From Heterodontus francisci (taxonomy: Eukaryota): a stretch of DNA of 64,000 bases. A model generated the notes under the pieces. That model was given only the letters and a program-made list of their open reading frames with translations, searched no databases and had not been told where the DNA came from. Of the stretch, positions 39,691 to 54,100 are shown piece by piece (position 1 is the stretch's first letter; each line of letters starts with the position of its first letter). Location: positions 9,052,001-9,116,000 of the forward strand of contig NC_090415.1 of the NCBI RefSeq assembly GCF_036365525.1, given 5' to 3'. The translations under genes were made by a program, and so were the position numbers.

Positions 39691-40869
39691 TTCATATGTA
39701 TCTCAGGCATTGTGGTGACAACTCTTTGTTTCACACGTTAATGTATCAATATGTGTTTACTTGTGTTTAATTTAAAATATGGATTAATGATGTTTTATTG
39801 CTGTAGGTTTTATTCAATTCTTGTTTGTGAGTTGTAGCTTTTTATCCAATTTGTATCTCTGCAAAAGCAATTGTGAATGACAATCTTTCAATTTTAGAGT
39901 ATGACCTGACATGTAATGTCAAATTCCATCGGTTTGTAGTAAATGAACTAATCCTGTATGTTTTTGTCTGACCCTTAGTGACATGTTTACACTGGTGTGT
40001 AATTTGTAGCTCAGTTTATATTGTGGGGTATGTTATTGGGATTCATTCTGTAGCTTTCAATCAGGTACATTTTGTCTGTTCTGTTTAAGATTTGGTATTT
40101 GAATTGTAGCCAAGGTGACACAGTGTATTTAAATCAGATAATGTGTGTGTTTTGGACTGTGATTCATGTATCTACCAGTCAGTTGGAGAGAAATAGAAAC
40201 AAATACTATCTCTATGCTCTGTTTGACTATTGGATTGATAATGTGTCTCTTTGGGATCAGTCTGGGTCTGACTACTTCTTTTGTTTGTTACAGTGGAAAT
40301 GATGACCTGACCGTGTCACTGTAGTTTGTGACTGATACTGTACCTAATATGTGTTGGAACGAGCTGGAGGTACGTTTCCATCTATTGGTGAGTCATGACT
40401 TTCATTCTGGTTCCTTCGAGTGTTTGCCTGGCAGATAAAAAAGGTAACTCTTACACTTGAAGAACAGGTGAGTGAGAAGACACAAAAATGATCAATGTAA
40501 TATTTTCAATATTAATCATTCTGAGCAATCACAAAAGGAAAGTTCACACATAAGCAGTGTCAGTGTCTGAGTCCACTGCAGTACTGCAGCACTCTGCTTC
40601 TGTTTCCCAGGTATTTGGAGCAGTTTTACAGCAATTTTGTGACATTCAGAAACAACCCATGCCCCACACTGCTCAATGACCCGGACGACTCAATGGAGAA
40701 GCGATATTTGCACAAGCCAGAGTTCTATTTCCATGTCCAATTGTTCAATGGACAAGAAGTAATAACTGTTTAAAAAAGTGTCCTTAATCTCCTCACCTGA
40801 TCCTGCAATAGAGAGTCTTTGAAAATCTGCCATGTCTTCATTATTTAGCCATTTTTCCCCCACCATTCA

Positions 40870-41205
40870 TCGAGAGATACTATACCTAAACAAGCTCTTC
40901 AGCCCATCGAGTCCATGCTGACCATCAACCACCCATTTATACCAATCTATATTAATCCCATTTTTGCCTCTAAAGTCCCCACTATTCTCCTACAACATAC
41001 CTACACCAGGGGCATTTTTTTTTTACAATGGCTAATTTACCTATCAACTTGCAAGTCCTTGGCATGTGGAAGGAAACCAGAGCACCCAGCGGAACCCCAT
41101 GCAGTCACAGGGAAAACTTGCAAAATCCACACAAGCTGTACGAAGAACCGGACCAATGTCACTGGAGCTGTGAGGCTGCGGTACAAGTCACTGTGCCACT
41201 CTGCC
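40870..41205 (-). mobile_element. V-SINE, duplicate of 2835-3170
   Basis: Same position in the duplicated unit. Confidence 0.8.
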
Positions 41206-41454
41206 ACCCAATTCACTATCCAACAACAACAAACAGTGAGATATTGAATCCAAACCAGGAACATTCATTACAGTTTGGAGAGAGAAATCAGAAATGATTT
41301 TGAAAAGGGAGTTCATCATATTCTGTCTCTCTCTCCCTGTCCTGACACTGCCCGAGAAAGACCTCTCCCTTTCACCTGGCTCACTCCATGTTCCGGGACC
41401 AGTTCCTGCTTCACAGTGCATATTACAAACAGTCCCCCAGTCCTGCTGAATTAG

Positions 41455-44400
41455 CAGAAGTAGACCATTCAGCCGCTCGAGCTTGCTCCGCTATTCAATT
41501 TGTTCATGGCTGATCAATTTCGGAGTTGAATTCCACACTCCCATCTATGCCTGATAATCTTTGATTCCCTTGCCTAACAAGAATCTATCTACCCCTGCCT
41601 TAAAAATATTCAATTACCCCACCTCCACCACCTTCTGAGGCAGAGAATTCCAAAGTTGCACAACCCTCGGAGAGAAAACAAATCTCATCTCAGTCCTAAA
41701 ATGGCGACCCCTAATTCGAAAACAGCATCCCCGAGTTCTGAACTCATCCACAAGAGGAAACATCCTTTCCCCATCCACTTGTCAAGACCATTCAGGATGT
41801 TATACACTTCAATCAAGTCTCCCCTCACTCTTCTAAACTCCAGTGAAGAAAAGCCCAGTCTGTCCAACCTTTCCTCATAAGACAACCCACTCATTCCAGG
41901 TATCAATCTAATAAACCTCCTGTGAAACACCTCCAACACATTTACTTCCTTCCTGAAATATGGAGACTAAAACTGCACGCAGTATTCAAGATGTGGTCAC
42001 ACCAATGCCCTGTATAACTGAAGCATAACATTCTTCCATTTATTTTCAATTCCTCTCATGATAAAGGATAGTATTCCATTTTCCTTCTTGATGACTTGCT
42101 GTACCTGCATACTAACTTTTCATGACTCATGCACCAGAACACCTAGATCCCTCTGCACCTCGGAATTATGCAGTTGTTCTCCATTTAAGTAATACTTTGT
42201 TTTTTTAATCTTCCTGACAAAGTGAACAACTTCACATTTTTTCACATTACACTTCATCTGCCAGATTTCTGACCACTCACTCAACCATCTATCAAGGTCT
42301 GCAACCTCCTTATGTCCTCTCCACAACACACTTTCCTACCGATCTGTGTGTCATCTGCAAATTTAACTGCCATGCCATTGCTCCCCTCATCTAGGTTATG
42401 GATATAAACTGTAAAAAGTTGTGGGCCCAGCACAGACCCCTGTGTTACTCCACTTATCACATCCTCCCGATCAGAATGTTTTCTGTCAGCCAGCCAATCT
42501 TCTATCCATGCTAATTAAGTTACCCACTACACCATGAACTCCTGCTTTGCACAATAACCTTTCATGTGACACCTTGACAAAGGCCTTCTTGAAAACCAAA
42601 TACTGTATGTCAATGGGCTCCCCTTTATCCCCAGTGCATTTTCCTCCTTGAAAGAACTCGAACACTTTGGTTAACCATGATTTCCCTTTCACATAGCCAT
42701 GCTGAACATTTCCAATGACCTTGTGTTTTTCTAAATGCCCAGCTATAGCCTCCTTAATGATCAATTCGAACGCCTTCCCTGAATCAGGGGTCAAGCTAAC
42801 TATCCTCTCGTTACCCGATTTCTGCCTCCCCACCTTCTTGAATAGAATGGTTATATTTGCTACTTTCCAGTCTGATGGAACCTTTCTAGAATCTAGCGAA
42901 TCTTGAAAAAATAACGAGTCAACTATTTCAGCAGCCATAACTTTAAGGACCCGAGGATGAAGCCCATCAGGACCCAGAGACTTGTCAGCCAGCAGCTCCA
43001 TCAGTTTACTCAGTACCACTTCCCTGGTGATTGTAACTTCACCAAGTTCCTCTCTTCCTTCCACCTCCTGATTTACTGCTATTACTGAAATATTTTGTGT
43101 ATCCTCTAGTGAAGACAGAAGCCAAATAATTGTTCATTTCAACCACCATTTCCTTATTATCTACTATTAACTCCCCATTCTCATTCTCTAAAGGACCAAC
43201 ACTCACTTTACTTACACTTTTCCTTATTAAATACCTATAGAAAATCTTGCTATCCGTTTTTACATTTCTAGCTAGTTCTGTCATAATCTAATTTATTTTC
43301 CCCTGATTAACCTTTCAGTCATTCTCTGCCATTCATTATATTCTGACCAATCATCTGACCTGCCACTCGTCTTTGCACAATTCTATGCTTTTTCATTAAG
43401 GTTGAGGCTATCCTTAACTTCTTTAGTGAACAATGGATGGTGGGTCCTCCCCTTGGAATTTTACTTTACTGTAGGAATATACTTCCTTTGAGTGTTCAGA
43501 AATATCACCTTCAATGTCTGCTACTGCTTCTCTATTGATTTATCTCCTAGCCTAGTAACCCAGTTCAATTCAGCTAGCTCAACTTTCATGCCCACATAGT
43601 TGTCCTTATTTAAGTTTAAAATACTAGTCTTAGACCCACTCCTCTCAATTTCAAACTGGATGCAAAATTCAGTCATATTGTGGTTGCTGCTACCTAGAGG
43701 TGCCTTTACACTGAGGTCATTAATTAATCCTGTCAAATTACACAATACCAAATCTAATATAACCTGGTTCCAGAATGTACTGCTCGAAGAAACTATCTCA
43801 AAAGCATTCTATGAACTCCTCGTCCAGGCTGCTGTAACCAATCTCATTTTTCCAGTTTATATGTTGAATAAAATCCCCATTATTATTTCCATCCCTTTAT
43901 CACAAGCACCCAAAATTTGTTCTTGTATACTTCACCCGACATTGTCATTATTGCTCGGTGGCCAGTACACGACTCCTACTAGTGACTTCTTTCCCCGACT
44001 ATTCCTCATTGTCACCCAAACCGATTCTACATCCTGATCTCCTGAACCAAGGTCATCTCTAACTATTGCACCAATGCCATCCTTGATTAACAGTGCAACC
44101 CTTTCACCTTTATCTAACTTCCTCTTCTTCTTGAATGCTGTATACCCCTCAATATTCAGGACCCAACCATTGTTATCTTGTAACCATGTCTCTGTAATGG
44201 TTATTATATCATATTGATTTACTTCAATGTGCACTATCTGTTCCTCTACCTTGTTATGAATGCTATGTGCATTCACATACAGAGCCTTATATTGTTGTTA
44301 TCTTTGTAACACCTCGTGTTGACTGTTGCTGTGTTCTTAGGTTTTTTTCTCTCTGTCCCTTCCGCCATTCACTGGTCTTCATTTCCCATATTACTATTCT

Positions 44401-44535
44401 GCTCTCTTACCTTGATTCTACCCCTTGATTTGTTGCACCTACCCAAGCTTGATCCATCTACCCCTTTGTTTAATTCAAAGCCCTCTCTGCTTCCCTAGTT
44501 ATACAGTTTGCCAGAAAACTGGTCCCAGCATGTTT
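41455..44535 (-). mobile_element. Decayed CR1, duplicate of 3420-6590
   Basis: ORFs 41685, 42486, 43521 and 43932 give EN and RT pieces. Confidence 0.92.
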
Positions 44536-44539
44536 ACCT

Positions 44540-46025
44540 CTCAATTCCCTAGTCTACAATTTATCTCTCTCAGTTTCTGATTTTGAGTGTGAGTATATCT
44601 GTACCTGTTTTGTGTGAGAACCGTCTTATTCTGTATCTTTCAGATTTTGATGTGTCTGTGTGTCTGGCTTGTACTTGGTCCCCATCAGTTTAGGGTATGT
44701 GAGTGTGGATTTGACTGTTAATATTCCATTCTTGGGAATATGAGTGGGGGTTCACACTTCATCATTGAGTGTCCAGTAGGCCAATTTAAGGTTTAATCTG
44801 TGCCCTTAAATTTCTAATTTGTAGCTATGGTTTTTATCCTGTCACTGTCACTATCTGTTATAAGAGTAAGGGGTACATTCTGGTTTTTGATTGTGGATTT
44901 TTCACCACATCTCTACATTGTCTCGGATGTGAATGTGATTTTTAATCTGTACATGCCAGTTTCTGACATATGTCTCTGAGGTTTAATTTGTACATGTCAT
45001 TCGTAGGTATGTGAGTGCCAATTTTATTCTGAACCTCTCAGTTTCCTTTACCTGTGTGCGAGTTTTAGTCTGTATCTGTCAGTATCTGGTATATGAATCT
45101 TCTTCCTTATGCGTATGTTTTGCTCTGTATTTGTCAGTGTCTGAAGTGCCAATTGTCAGGTTTTCTTTGTACCTGTCACTCTCTGTTATGCATCACAGAC
45201 TTTCCCTCTCTAACTGTAAATTTTTTACAATTCACTGTGGATTTCACTCTGTGTCTGTCAGTCTCTGGTAGTTAAGTGTGGTTTTTATACTTCATCTCCT
45301 AATTTCTGATCTGTGAATGTAGATTTTAATCTGTACCTTTTGGCTTCTAGTGTGCGAGTCTGTGTTTCAATCTGTATCTACCAGTTTCTCAATGTGAGGG
45401 TGGCATTTATTCTGTACCAGTTACTTTCTGAAATGTGTGAAGATTTCAATCTTTCCCTGTCAGTTTCTGGTATGTGAATGTGGGTTTATTCTGGATCTTT
45501 CAATCTTTGGAATTTGACTACATGCTTTATCCTATACCTTTTTGCTTCTGTTAAGTGAATGAAGGATTAGATCTGTACCTGTCCATTGATAGTAAATGAA
45601 TATCTGTTTTAGTCTGTACCTGGCAGTTTATGGCAAAGTAAGGTGGTTTATTTCTCGACCTGCCAGATTCTGATCTGTGACTGTTGTTTTATTCTGTACC
45701 TGTTATTTTCTGTGATATGAATCTGGTTTTTAATCTGTATCTGTCAGTTACTGTTACTTGACTGAGTTTCACTTTGCACCAGTTGGTTTCTGGTATGTGA
45801 GTGTCAGTTTTAAGTTGTACCTGTAAAGTTAAGGTATGACAGTGTGGGTTTATTCTGTATCTTTCAAACTCTAGTGTGTGATATGGGTTTTTTTATCTCT
45901 GAATCTTTTGTTTTCTGGTCTGTAAGTTTGTGTTCTTATCTGCATCTTACAGTTCCTTATAGGTGTCTGTGTGCACATTTCCTTTTTCTGCAGCTATCAA
46001 CGTCTGCAGCGTGAGTATGTGTAAT
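44540..46025. repeat. Degenerate 40-bp tandem repeat (clearest block)
   Basis: TCTGTACC-like motif near 45411, 45451, 45491, 45531, 45572, 45613, 45653, 45693 and 45734. Confidence 0.85.
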
Positions 46026-46029
46026 GTGT

Positions 46030-47965
46030 GAAGACCAAGGCAAAATTTTGGTATAAATTATTTGCCATTTCCCTGTACCACATTATCAGTCCCCCAGTTG
46101 CATCCTCTGAGGTCCCCTCACTCACTTTAGCTGATCTCGTTCTTTTTATATACCCGGAGAAGCTCTCGCTGTTTGTTTATATATTTCTTGGCAATTTACT
46201 GTCAGAATCAATGTTCCCCCTCTTTATTCACTTTTTAGTCATCCGTTGCTGATTCCTAAAATATTCCCAATCCCCTGGCCCACTACTTGTTTTTCCCTCT
46301 TTGTTTGCCTAAGTTTTTAATTGGATATTCTCCTTGACAGACTTTGTTAATCGCAGATGCTTCATCCTTCTCTTTTTGACTGGGGTAAATTTTTGCTCAG
46401 CATTATGAAATATCTGTTTAAATGTCTGCCACTGCTCATCCACTGACCTTCCCCTTAGTCCATTTTCCCAGCCCGCTTTAGACAACTCTTTCTTCATACC
46501 ACAGCAATTGCCCTTGTTTAATTTGAGGACACTGGTTTGAGACCCGAGTTGCTCGCCCTCAAACTGAATTTGAAATTCTACCATGTTGTGATCACTACCC
46601 CATAGAGGATCCTTAACTACAATATCTCTTGTTAATCCTATCACATTACACATTACTAGATCCAAAATAACCTGTTCCTGGGTATGTTCTGCAATGTATT
46701 GATCGAAGTAACAGTCCCTGATACACTCGACAAATTCACCTTCCATATTACCTCTGCCAATCTGATTTCTCCTGTCAATATGCAGATTAAAATCACTCGT
46801 GACGATTGTAGCACCCTTCTTACACAGCTCCATTATTTCCCGATTTATACTTTGTCCTGCAGTGAGACAGCTCTTCAGGGGCCTATGGATGACTCCCACC
46901 CGTGACTTCTTCCCTTTGCTATTCTTTATTTCCACCCAAATCGATTCCACATCATGATCTATTGCACCTATTTCACTACTCAACACCACACTGATACCTT
47001 CCTTTATTAACAAAGCTACCCCACCTCCTTTTCCTTTATGCCTATTTTTCCAGAGCATTGTGTACCCTAGAATATTGAGTTTCCAGTCTTGGTCACCCTG
47101 CAACTACGTCTCTGTAATAGCTATCAAGTCACATTCATTTAGTTCTATTTGTGCCGCCAACTGATCTATCTTGTTACAAATGCTGTGTGCATTCAGATAA
47201 AGAGGCTTTGACTTTTTATCATTATTATTCATTCTGGTTCTAATTTCTGCTGAACTCTGCTGCTTATATTAGCTGCACCTTCCTGTCATACTTTGATTAC
47301 CGTTTGCCTCTTCACTACTCTGTACCTCTGTTCTCTCATTCCTTTTTGATTTTTTAAACTTCCCTTCAATTGAACGCCACCCCCCACCCCACACTAATAA
47401 ATTTAAAGTCCTATCTACAACCCTAGTTATATGATTCGCCAGGACATTGGTCCCAGCATGGTCCAAATGAAGCCTGTCCCAGTGGAACAGCTCTCTCCTT
47501 TCCCAGTACTGGTGCCAGTGCCCCAGGAATTGGAACCCGTTTCTCCCACACCAATCTTTGAGCCATACGTTTACCTCTATAATCTGATTTACCCTACACC
47601 AATTTGCACGTTGCTCTGGTAGCATTCTGGAGAGTATTACCTTTCTGGTTCTGCTTTTTAATTTAGCCCCGAGCTGCTCATAGGCCCTGAGCAGAAGCGG
47701 ATTCCTTGTCCGACCGATGTGGACCAAGACAGCTGGATCCTTCCCCTCCCACTCCAAGTTACATTGGCAACACAGCCTTTGGGACTCCCTGTTATTGATG
47801 CCAGAGAATGGAATCTATTCTCCTAAATCTGCAATCCCCTATTACTAATCTCCCCATTGAATAGCGCTCTGAACCACGGTGCTGTGGACAGTTTGCTCAT
47901 CCTCCCTGCAGCCTGTGCCCTCGTCCACACAGGGAGCAAGAAGCTCATACCTATTGGATAAGGGC
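46030..47965 (-). mobile_element. Decayed CR1: ORF1 SGNH esterase-like domain and ORF2 endonuclease
   Basis: DPAVLVHIG..WLKDWCGRNGFQFLGHWHQYW..DRLHL; KGGGVALLIK..SDFN..ILDLV..SDHNMV. Confidence 0.9.
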
Positions 47966-48179
47966 TAATGATATGTATATGAATGTGGGCCACATTCTGG
48001 ACTTTCAGTCTCTGGTCCTGTGTGTGAATGTAGGGTTTATTCTGAAGTTACTAATACTGTGTTTTTATACTGTGATTCATTCTCAATCTCTGAGACTCTG
48101 GTTCTATTTAAGTGTAGGATTCATTCTGCATCTATGTGTCTACGTGCTGGATGTGAGTGTGGGATCTTGCTGTATTCAG

Positions 48180-51100
48180 AAACATAGAATCTTGGAGCAG
48201 GAGTAGGTCATTTGACCCTGTAGGCCTGCTCCGCCATTCAAATAGGGACCATGGCTGTTTGTCTAATTCAGTGCCCTGTTCCCACATTCTCCCTATATCA
48301 GTTGATCCCTTTGGCATTAAGAAATATATCTATTTCCTTCTTGAATATATCTGATAACTTGGCCTCCACTGCCTTTTGCGGTAGAGAATTCCACAGGTTC
48401 ACCACCCTCTGAGTGAAGAAATTTCTCCTCAACTCAGTTCTAAATTGCATACCCCGTATCCTGAGACTGTGACCCCTGGTTCTGGACTCCCAAGCCATCA
48501 GGAACATCCTCCCTGCATCCAGCATGATTAGTCCTGTTAGAATTTATAGGTTTCTATGAGATCCCCTCTCATTCTTCTGAACTAAAGTGAATATAGGCCT
48601 ACTTGACCCAATCTCTCCTCATACGTCAATCCTGCCATCCCAGGAAACAAGGCGAGAACAACCTTCCTAAGACAAAGAGACCAAAACTGCACACAATACT
48701 CCAGATGAGTCTCACCAAGGCCCTGTATAAATAACTGCAGTAAAACATCCTTGCTCCTGTACTCAAATCCTCTTGCAATGAAGGCCAACATACCATTCGC
48801 CTTCCAAACTGCTTGCTGCACCCGAATGCTTACTTTCACCCAGGTCTCGTTGCACCTCCCCCTTTCCCAATCAATCACTATTCAGATAATAATCTGATTT
48901 TCTGATTTTAAAACCAAAGTGTATAACCTCATTTTTATCCACTTTATATTTCATCTGCCACGCATTTGCCTACTCACCTACCTTGTCCAAATCACATTGT
49001 GGGTCTCTTTGCATCCACCTCACAATCCCACCCAAACCACACCCCCAGCTCTGTGTCATCTGCAAACCTAGAAATGTTACATTTACTTCCCTCACCCAAG
49101 TCATTCAGATATATTGTGAATAGTTGGGGCCCAAACACAGATCCCTGCAGTACCCCACTGGTCCCTGCCTGCCACCCAGAAAAAGACCCATTTATTCCTA
49201 ATCTCTGCTTCCTGTCTGTCAACTAATTCCCAATCCCTGCCAGTAGTCTGCTGGTTACATCCTCAAAAAATCCAGTGGATTTGTTAAGCATGACTTCCCT
49301 TTCGTAAAACCCATGCTGACTTTGCCCAAACCTGTTTATGTTTTCTAGGTGTTCTGCTATCACATCCTTTATAATCGACTCTAGGTGTTCTGCTATCACA
49401 TCCTTTATAATAGACTCTAGGTGTTCTGCTATCACATCCTTTATAATAGACTCTAGGTGTTCTGCTATCACATCCTTTATAATCGAATCTAGGTGTTCTG
49501 CTATCACATCCTTTTTAATAGACTCTAGGTGTTCTGCCATCACATCCTTTATAATAGACTCTAGGTGTTCTGCTATCACATCCTTTATAATAGACTCTAG
49601 GTGTTCTGCTATCACATCCTTTATAATAGACTCTCGGTGTTCTGCTATCACATCCTTTATAATAGACTCTAGGTGTTCTGCTATCACATCCTTTATAATA
49701 GACTCTAGGTGTTCTGCTATCACATCCTTTATAATAGACTCTAGGTGTTCTGCCATCACATCCTTTATAATAGAGTCTAGGTGTTCTGCTATCACATCCT
49801 TTATAATACACTCTCGGTGTTCTGCTATCACATCCTTTATAATAGACTCTAGGTGTTCTGCTATCACATCATTTATAATAGACTCTAGGTGTTCTGCTAT
49901 CACATCCTTTATAATAGACTCTAGGTGTTCTGCCATCACATCCTTTATAATAGAGTCTAGGTGTTCTGCTATCACATCCTTCATAATAGACTCTCGGTGT
50001 TCTGCTATCACATATTTTATAATACACTCTCGGTGTTCTGCTATCACATCCTTTATAATAGACTCTAGGTGTTCTGCTATCACATCCTTTATAATAGACT
50101 CTAGGTGTTCTGCCATCACATCCTTTATAATAGACTCTAGGTGTTCTGCTATCACATCATTTATAATAGACTCTCGGTGTTCTGCTATCACATCCTTTAT
50201 AATAGACTCTAGGTGTTCTGCTATCACATCCTTTATAATAGACTCTAGGTGTTCTGCCATCACATCCTTTATAATAGACTCTAGGTGTTCTGCTATCACA
50301 TCATTTATAATAGACTCTCGGTGTTCTGCTATCACATCCTTTATAATAGACTCTAGGTGTTCTGCTATCACATCCTTTATAATAGACTCTAGGTGTTCTG
50401 CTATCACATCCTTTATAATAGACTCTAGGTGTTCTGCTACAACATCATTTATAATAGACTCCAGGTGTTCTGCTATCACATCCTTTATAATAGACTCTCG
50501 GTGTTCTGCTATCACATCCTTTATAATAGACTCTAGGTGTTCTGCTATCACATCCTTTATAATAGACTCTAGGTGTTCTGCTATCACATCCTTTATAATA
50601 GACTCTAGGTGTTCTGCTATCACATCCTTTATAATCGACTCTAGGTGTTCTGCTATCACATCCTTTATAATCGACTCTAGGTGTTCTGCTATCACATCCT
50701 TTATAATCGACTCTAGGTGTTCTGCTATCACATCCTTTATAATAGACTCTAGGTGTTCTGCTATCACATCCTTTATAATAGACTCTAGGTGTTCTGCTAT
50801 CACATCCTTTATAATAGACTCTAGGTGTTCTGCTATCACATCATTTATAATAGACTCTCGGTGTTCTGCTATCACATCCTTTATAATAGACTCTAGGTGT
50901 TCTGCTATCACATCCTTTATAATCGACTCTAGGTTTTCTGCTATCACATCCTTTATAATAGACTCTCGGTGTTCTGCTATCACATCCTTTATAATAGACT
51001 CTAGGTGTTCTGCTATCACATCCTTTATAATAGACTCTAGGTGTTCTGCTATCACATCCTTTATAATCGACTCTAGGTGCTCTGCTATCACATCCTTTAT

Positions 51101-54100
51101 AATAGACTCTAGGTGTTCTGCTATCACATCCTTTATAATAGACTCTAGGTGTTCTGCTATCACATCCTTTATAATAGACTCTAGGTGTTCTGCTATCACA
51201 TCATTTATAATAGACTCTCGGTGTTCTGCTATCACATCCTTTATAATAGACTCTAGGTGTTCTGCTATCACATCCTTTATAATCGACTCTAGGTTTTCTG
51301 CTATCACATCCTTTATAATAGACTCTCGGTGTTCTGCTATCACATCCTTTATAATAGACTCTCGGTGTTCTGCTATCACATCATTTATAATAGACTCTAG
51401 GTGTTCTGCCATCACATCCTTTATAATAGACTCTAGGTGTTCTGCTATCACATCATTTATAATAGACTCTTGGTGTTCTGCTATCACATCATTTATAATA
51501 GACTCTGTGTGATCTGCTATCACATCCTTTATAATAGACTCTAGGTGTTCTGCTATCACATCATTTATAATAGACTCTAGGTGTTCTGCTATCACATCAT
51601 TTATAATAGACTCTCGGTGTTCTGCTATCACATCCTTTATAATAGACTCTAGGTGTTCTGCTATCACATCATTTATAATAGACTCTAGGTGTTCTGCTAT
51701 CACATCATTTATAATAGACTCTCGGTGTTCTGCTATCACATCCTTTATAATAGACTCTAGGTGTTCTGCTATCACATCCTTTATAATAGACTCTAGGTGT
51801 TCTGCTATCACATCATTTATAATAGACTCTAGGTGTTCTGCTATCACATCCTTTATAATAGACTCTAGGTGTTCTGCTATCACATCATTTATAATAGACT
51901 CTAGGTGTTCTGCTATCACATCCTTTATAATAGACTCTAGGTGTTCTGCTATCACATCCTTTATAATAGACTCTAGGTGTTCTGCCATCACATCCTTTAT
52001 AATAGACTCTAGGTGTTCTGCCATCACATCCTTTATAATAGACTCTCGGTGTTCTGCTATCACATCCTTTATAATAGACTCTAGGTGTTCTGCTATCACA
52101 TCCTTCATAATAGACTCTAGGTGTTCTGCCATCACATCCTTTATAATAGACTCTAGGTGTTCTGCTATCACATCCTTTATAATAGACTCTAGGTGTTCTG
52201 CTATCACATCATTTATAATAGACTCTAGGTGTTCTGCTATCACATCCTTTATAATAGACTCTCGGTGTTCTGCTATCACATCCTTTATAATAGACTCTAG
52301 GTGTTCTGCTATCACATCATTTATAATAGACTCTAGGTGTTCTGCTATCACATCCTTTATAATAGACTCTAGGTGTTCTGCTATCACATCCTTTCTAATA
52401 GACTCTAGGTGTTCTGCCATCACATCCTTTATAATAGACTCTAGGTGTTCTGCTATCACATCCTTTATAATAGACTCTAGGTGTTCTGCTATCACATCCT
52501 TTATAATAGACTCTAGGTGTTCTGCCATCACATCCTTTATAATAGACTCTAGGTGTTCTGCTATCACATCCTTTATAATAGACTCTAGGTGTTCTGCCAT
52601 CACATCCTTTATAATAGACTCTAGGTGTTCTGCTATCACATCCTTTATAATAGACTCTAGGTGTTCTGCTATCACATCCTTTATAATAGACTCTAGGTGT
52701 TCTGCTATCACATCCTTTATAATAGACTCTCGGTGTTCTGCTATCACATCATTTATAATAGACTCTAGGTGTTCTGCTATCACATCCTTTATAATAGACT
52801 CTCGGTGTTCTGCTATCACATCATTTATAATAGACTCTAGGTGTTCTGCCATCACATCCTTTATAATAGACTCTAGGTGTTCTGCTATCACATCATTTAT
52901 AATAGACTCTTGGTGTTCTGCTATCACATCATTTATAATAGACTCTGGGTGTTCTGCTATCACATCCTTTTTAATAGACTCTAGGTGTTCTGCTATCACA
53001 TCATTTATAATAGACTCTAGGTGTTCTGCTATCACATCATTTATAATAGACTCTCGGTGTTCTGCTATCACATCCTTTATAATAGACTCTAGGTGTTCTG
53101 CTATCACATCCTTTATAATAGACTCTAGGTGTTCTGCTATCACATCCTTTATAATAGACTCTAGGTGTTCTGCTATCACATCCTTTATAATAGACTCTAG
53201 GTGTTCTGCTATCACATCCTTCATAATAGACTCTCGGTGTTCTGCTATCACATCCTTTATAATAGACTCTAGGTGTTCTGCTATCACATCCTTTATAATA
53301 GACTCTAGGTGTTCTGCTATCACATCATTTATAATAGACTCTAGGTGTTCTGCTATCACATCCTTTATAATAGACTCTAGGTGTTCTGCTATCACATCAT
53401 TTATAATAGACTCTAGGTGTTCTGCTATCACATCCTTTATAATAGACTCTAGGTGTTCTGCTATCACATCCTTTATAATAGACTCTAGGTGTTCTGCTAT
53501 CACATCCTTCATAATAGACTCTAGGTGTTCTGCCATCACATCCTTTATAATAGACTCTAGGTGTTCTGCTATCACATCCTTTATAATAGACTCTAGGTGT
53601 TCTGCTATCACATCCTTTATAATAGACTCTAGGTGTTCTGCTATCACATCCTTTATAATAGACTCTAGGTGTTCTGCTATCACATCCTTTATAATAGACT
53701 CTAGGTGTTCTGCTATCACATCATTTATAATAGACTCTAGGTGTTCTGCTATCACATCCTTTATAATAGACTCTAGGTGTTCTGCTATCACATCCTTTAT
53801 AATAGACTCTAGGTGTTCTGCCATCACATCCTTTATAATAGACTCTAGGTGTTCTGCTATCACATCCTTTATAATAGACTCTAGGTGTTCTGCCATCACA
53901 TCCTTTATAATAGACTCTAGGTGTTCTGCTATCACATCCTTTATAATAGACTCTAGGTGTTCTGCCATCACATCCTTTATAATAGACTCTAGGTGTTCTG
54001 CTATCACATCCTTTATAATAGACTCTAGGTGTTCTGCTATCACATCCTTTATAATAGACTCTAGGTGTTCTGCTATCACATCCTTTATAATAGACTCTAG

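Noticed and set aside
47269-47757. ORF1 read-through in an old CR1 as a fused ORF
   Set aside because: Decayed copy with deletions; loss of the stop is most simply neutral mutation.
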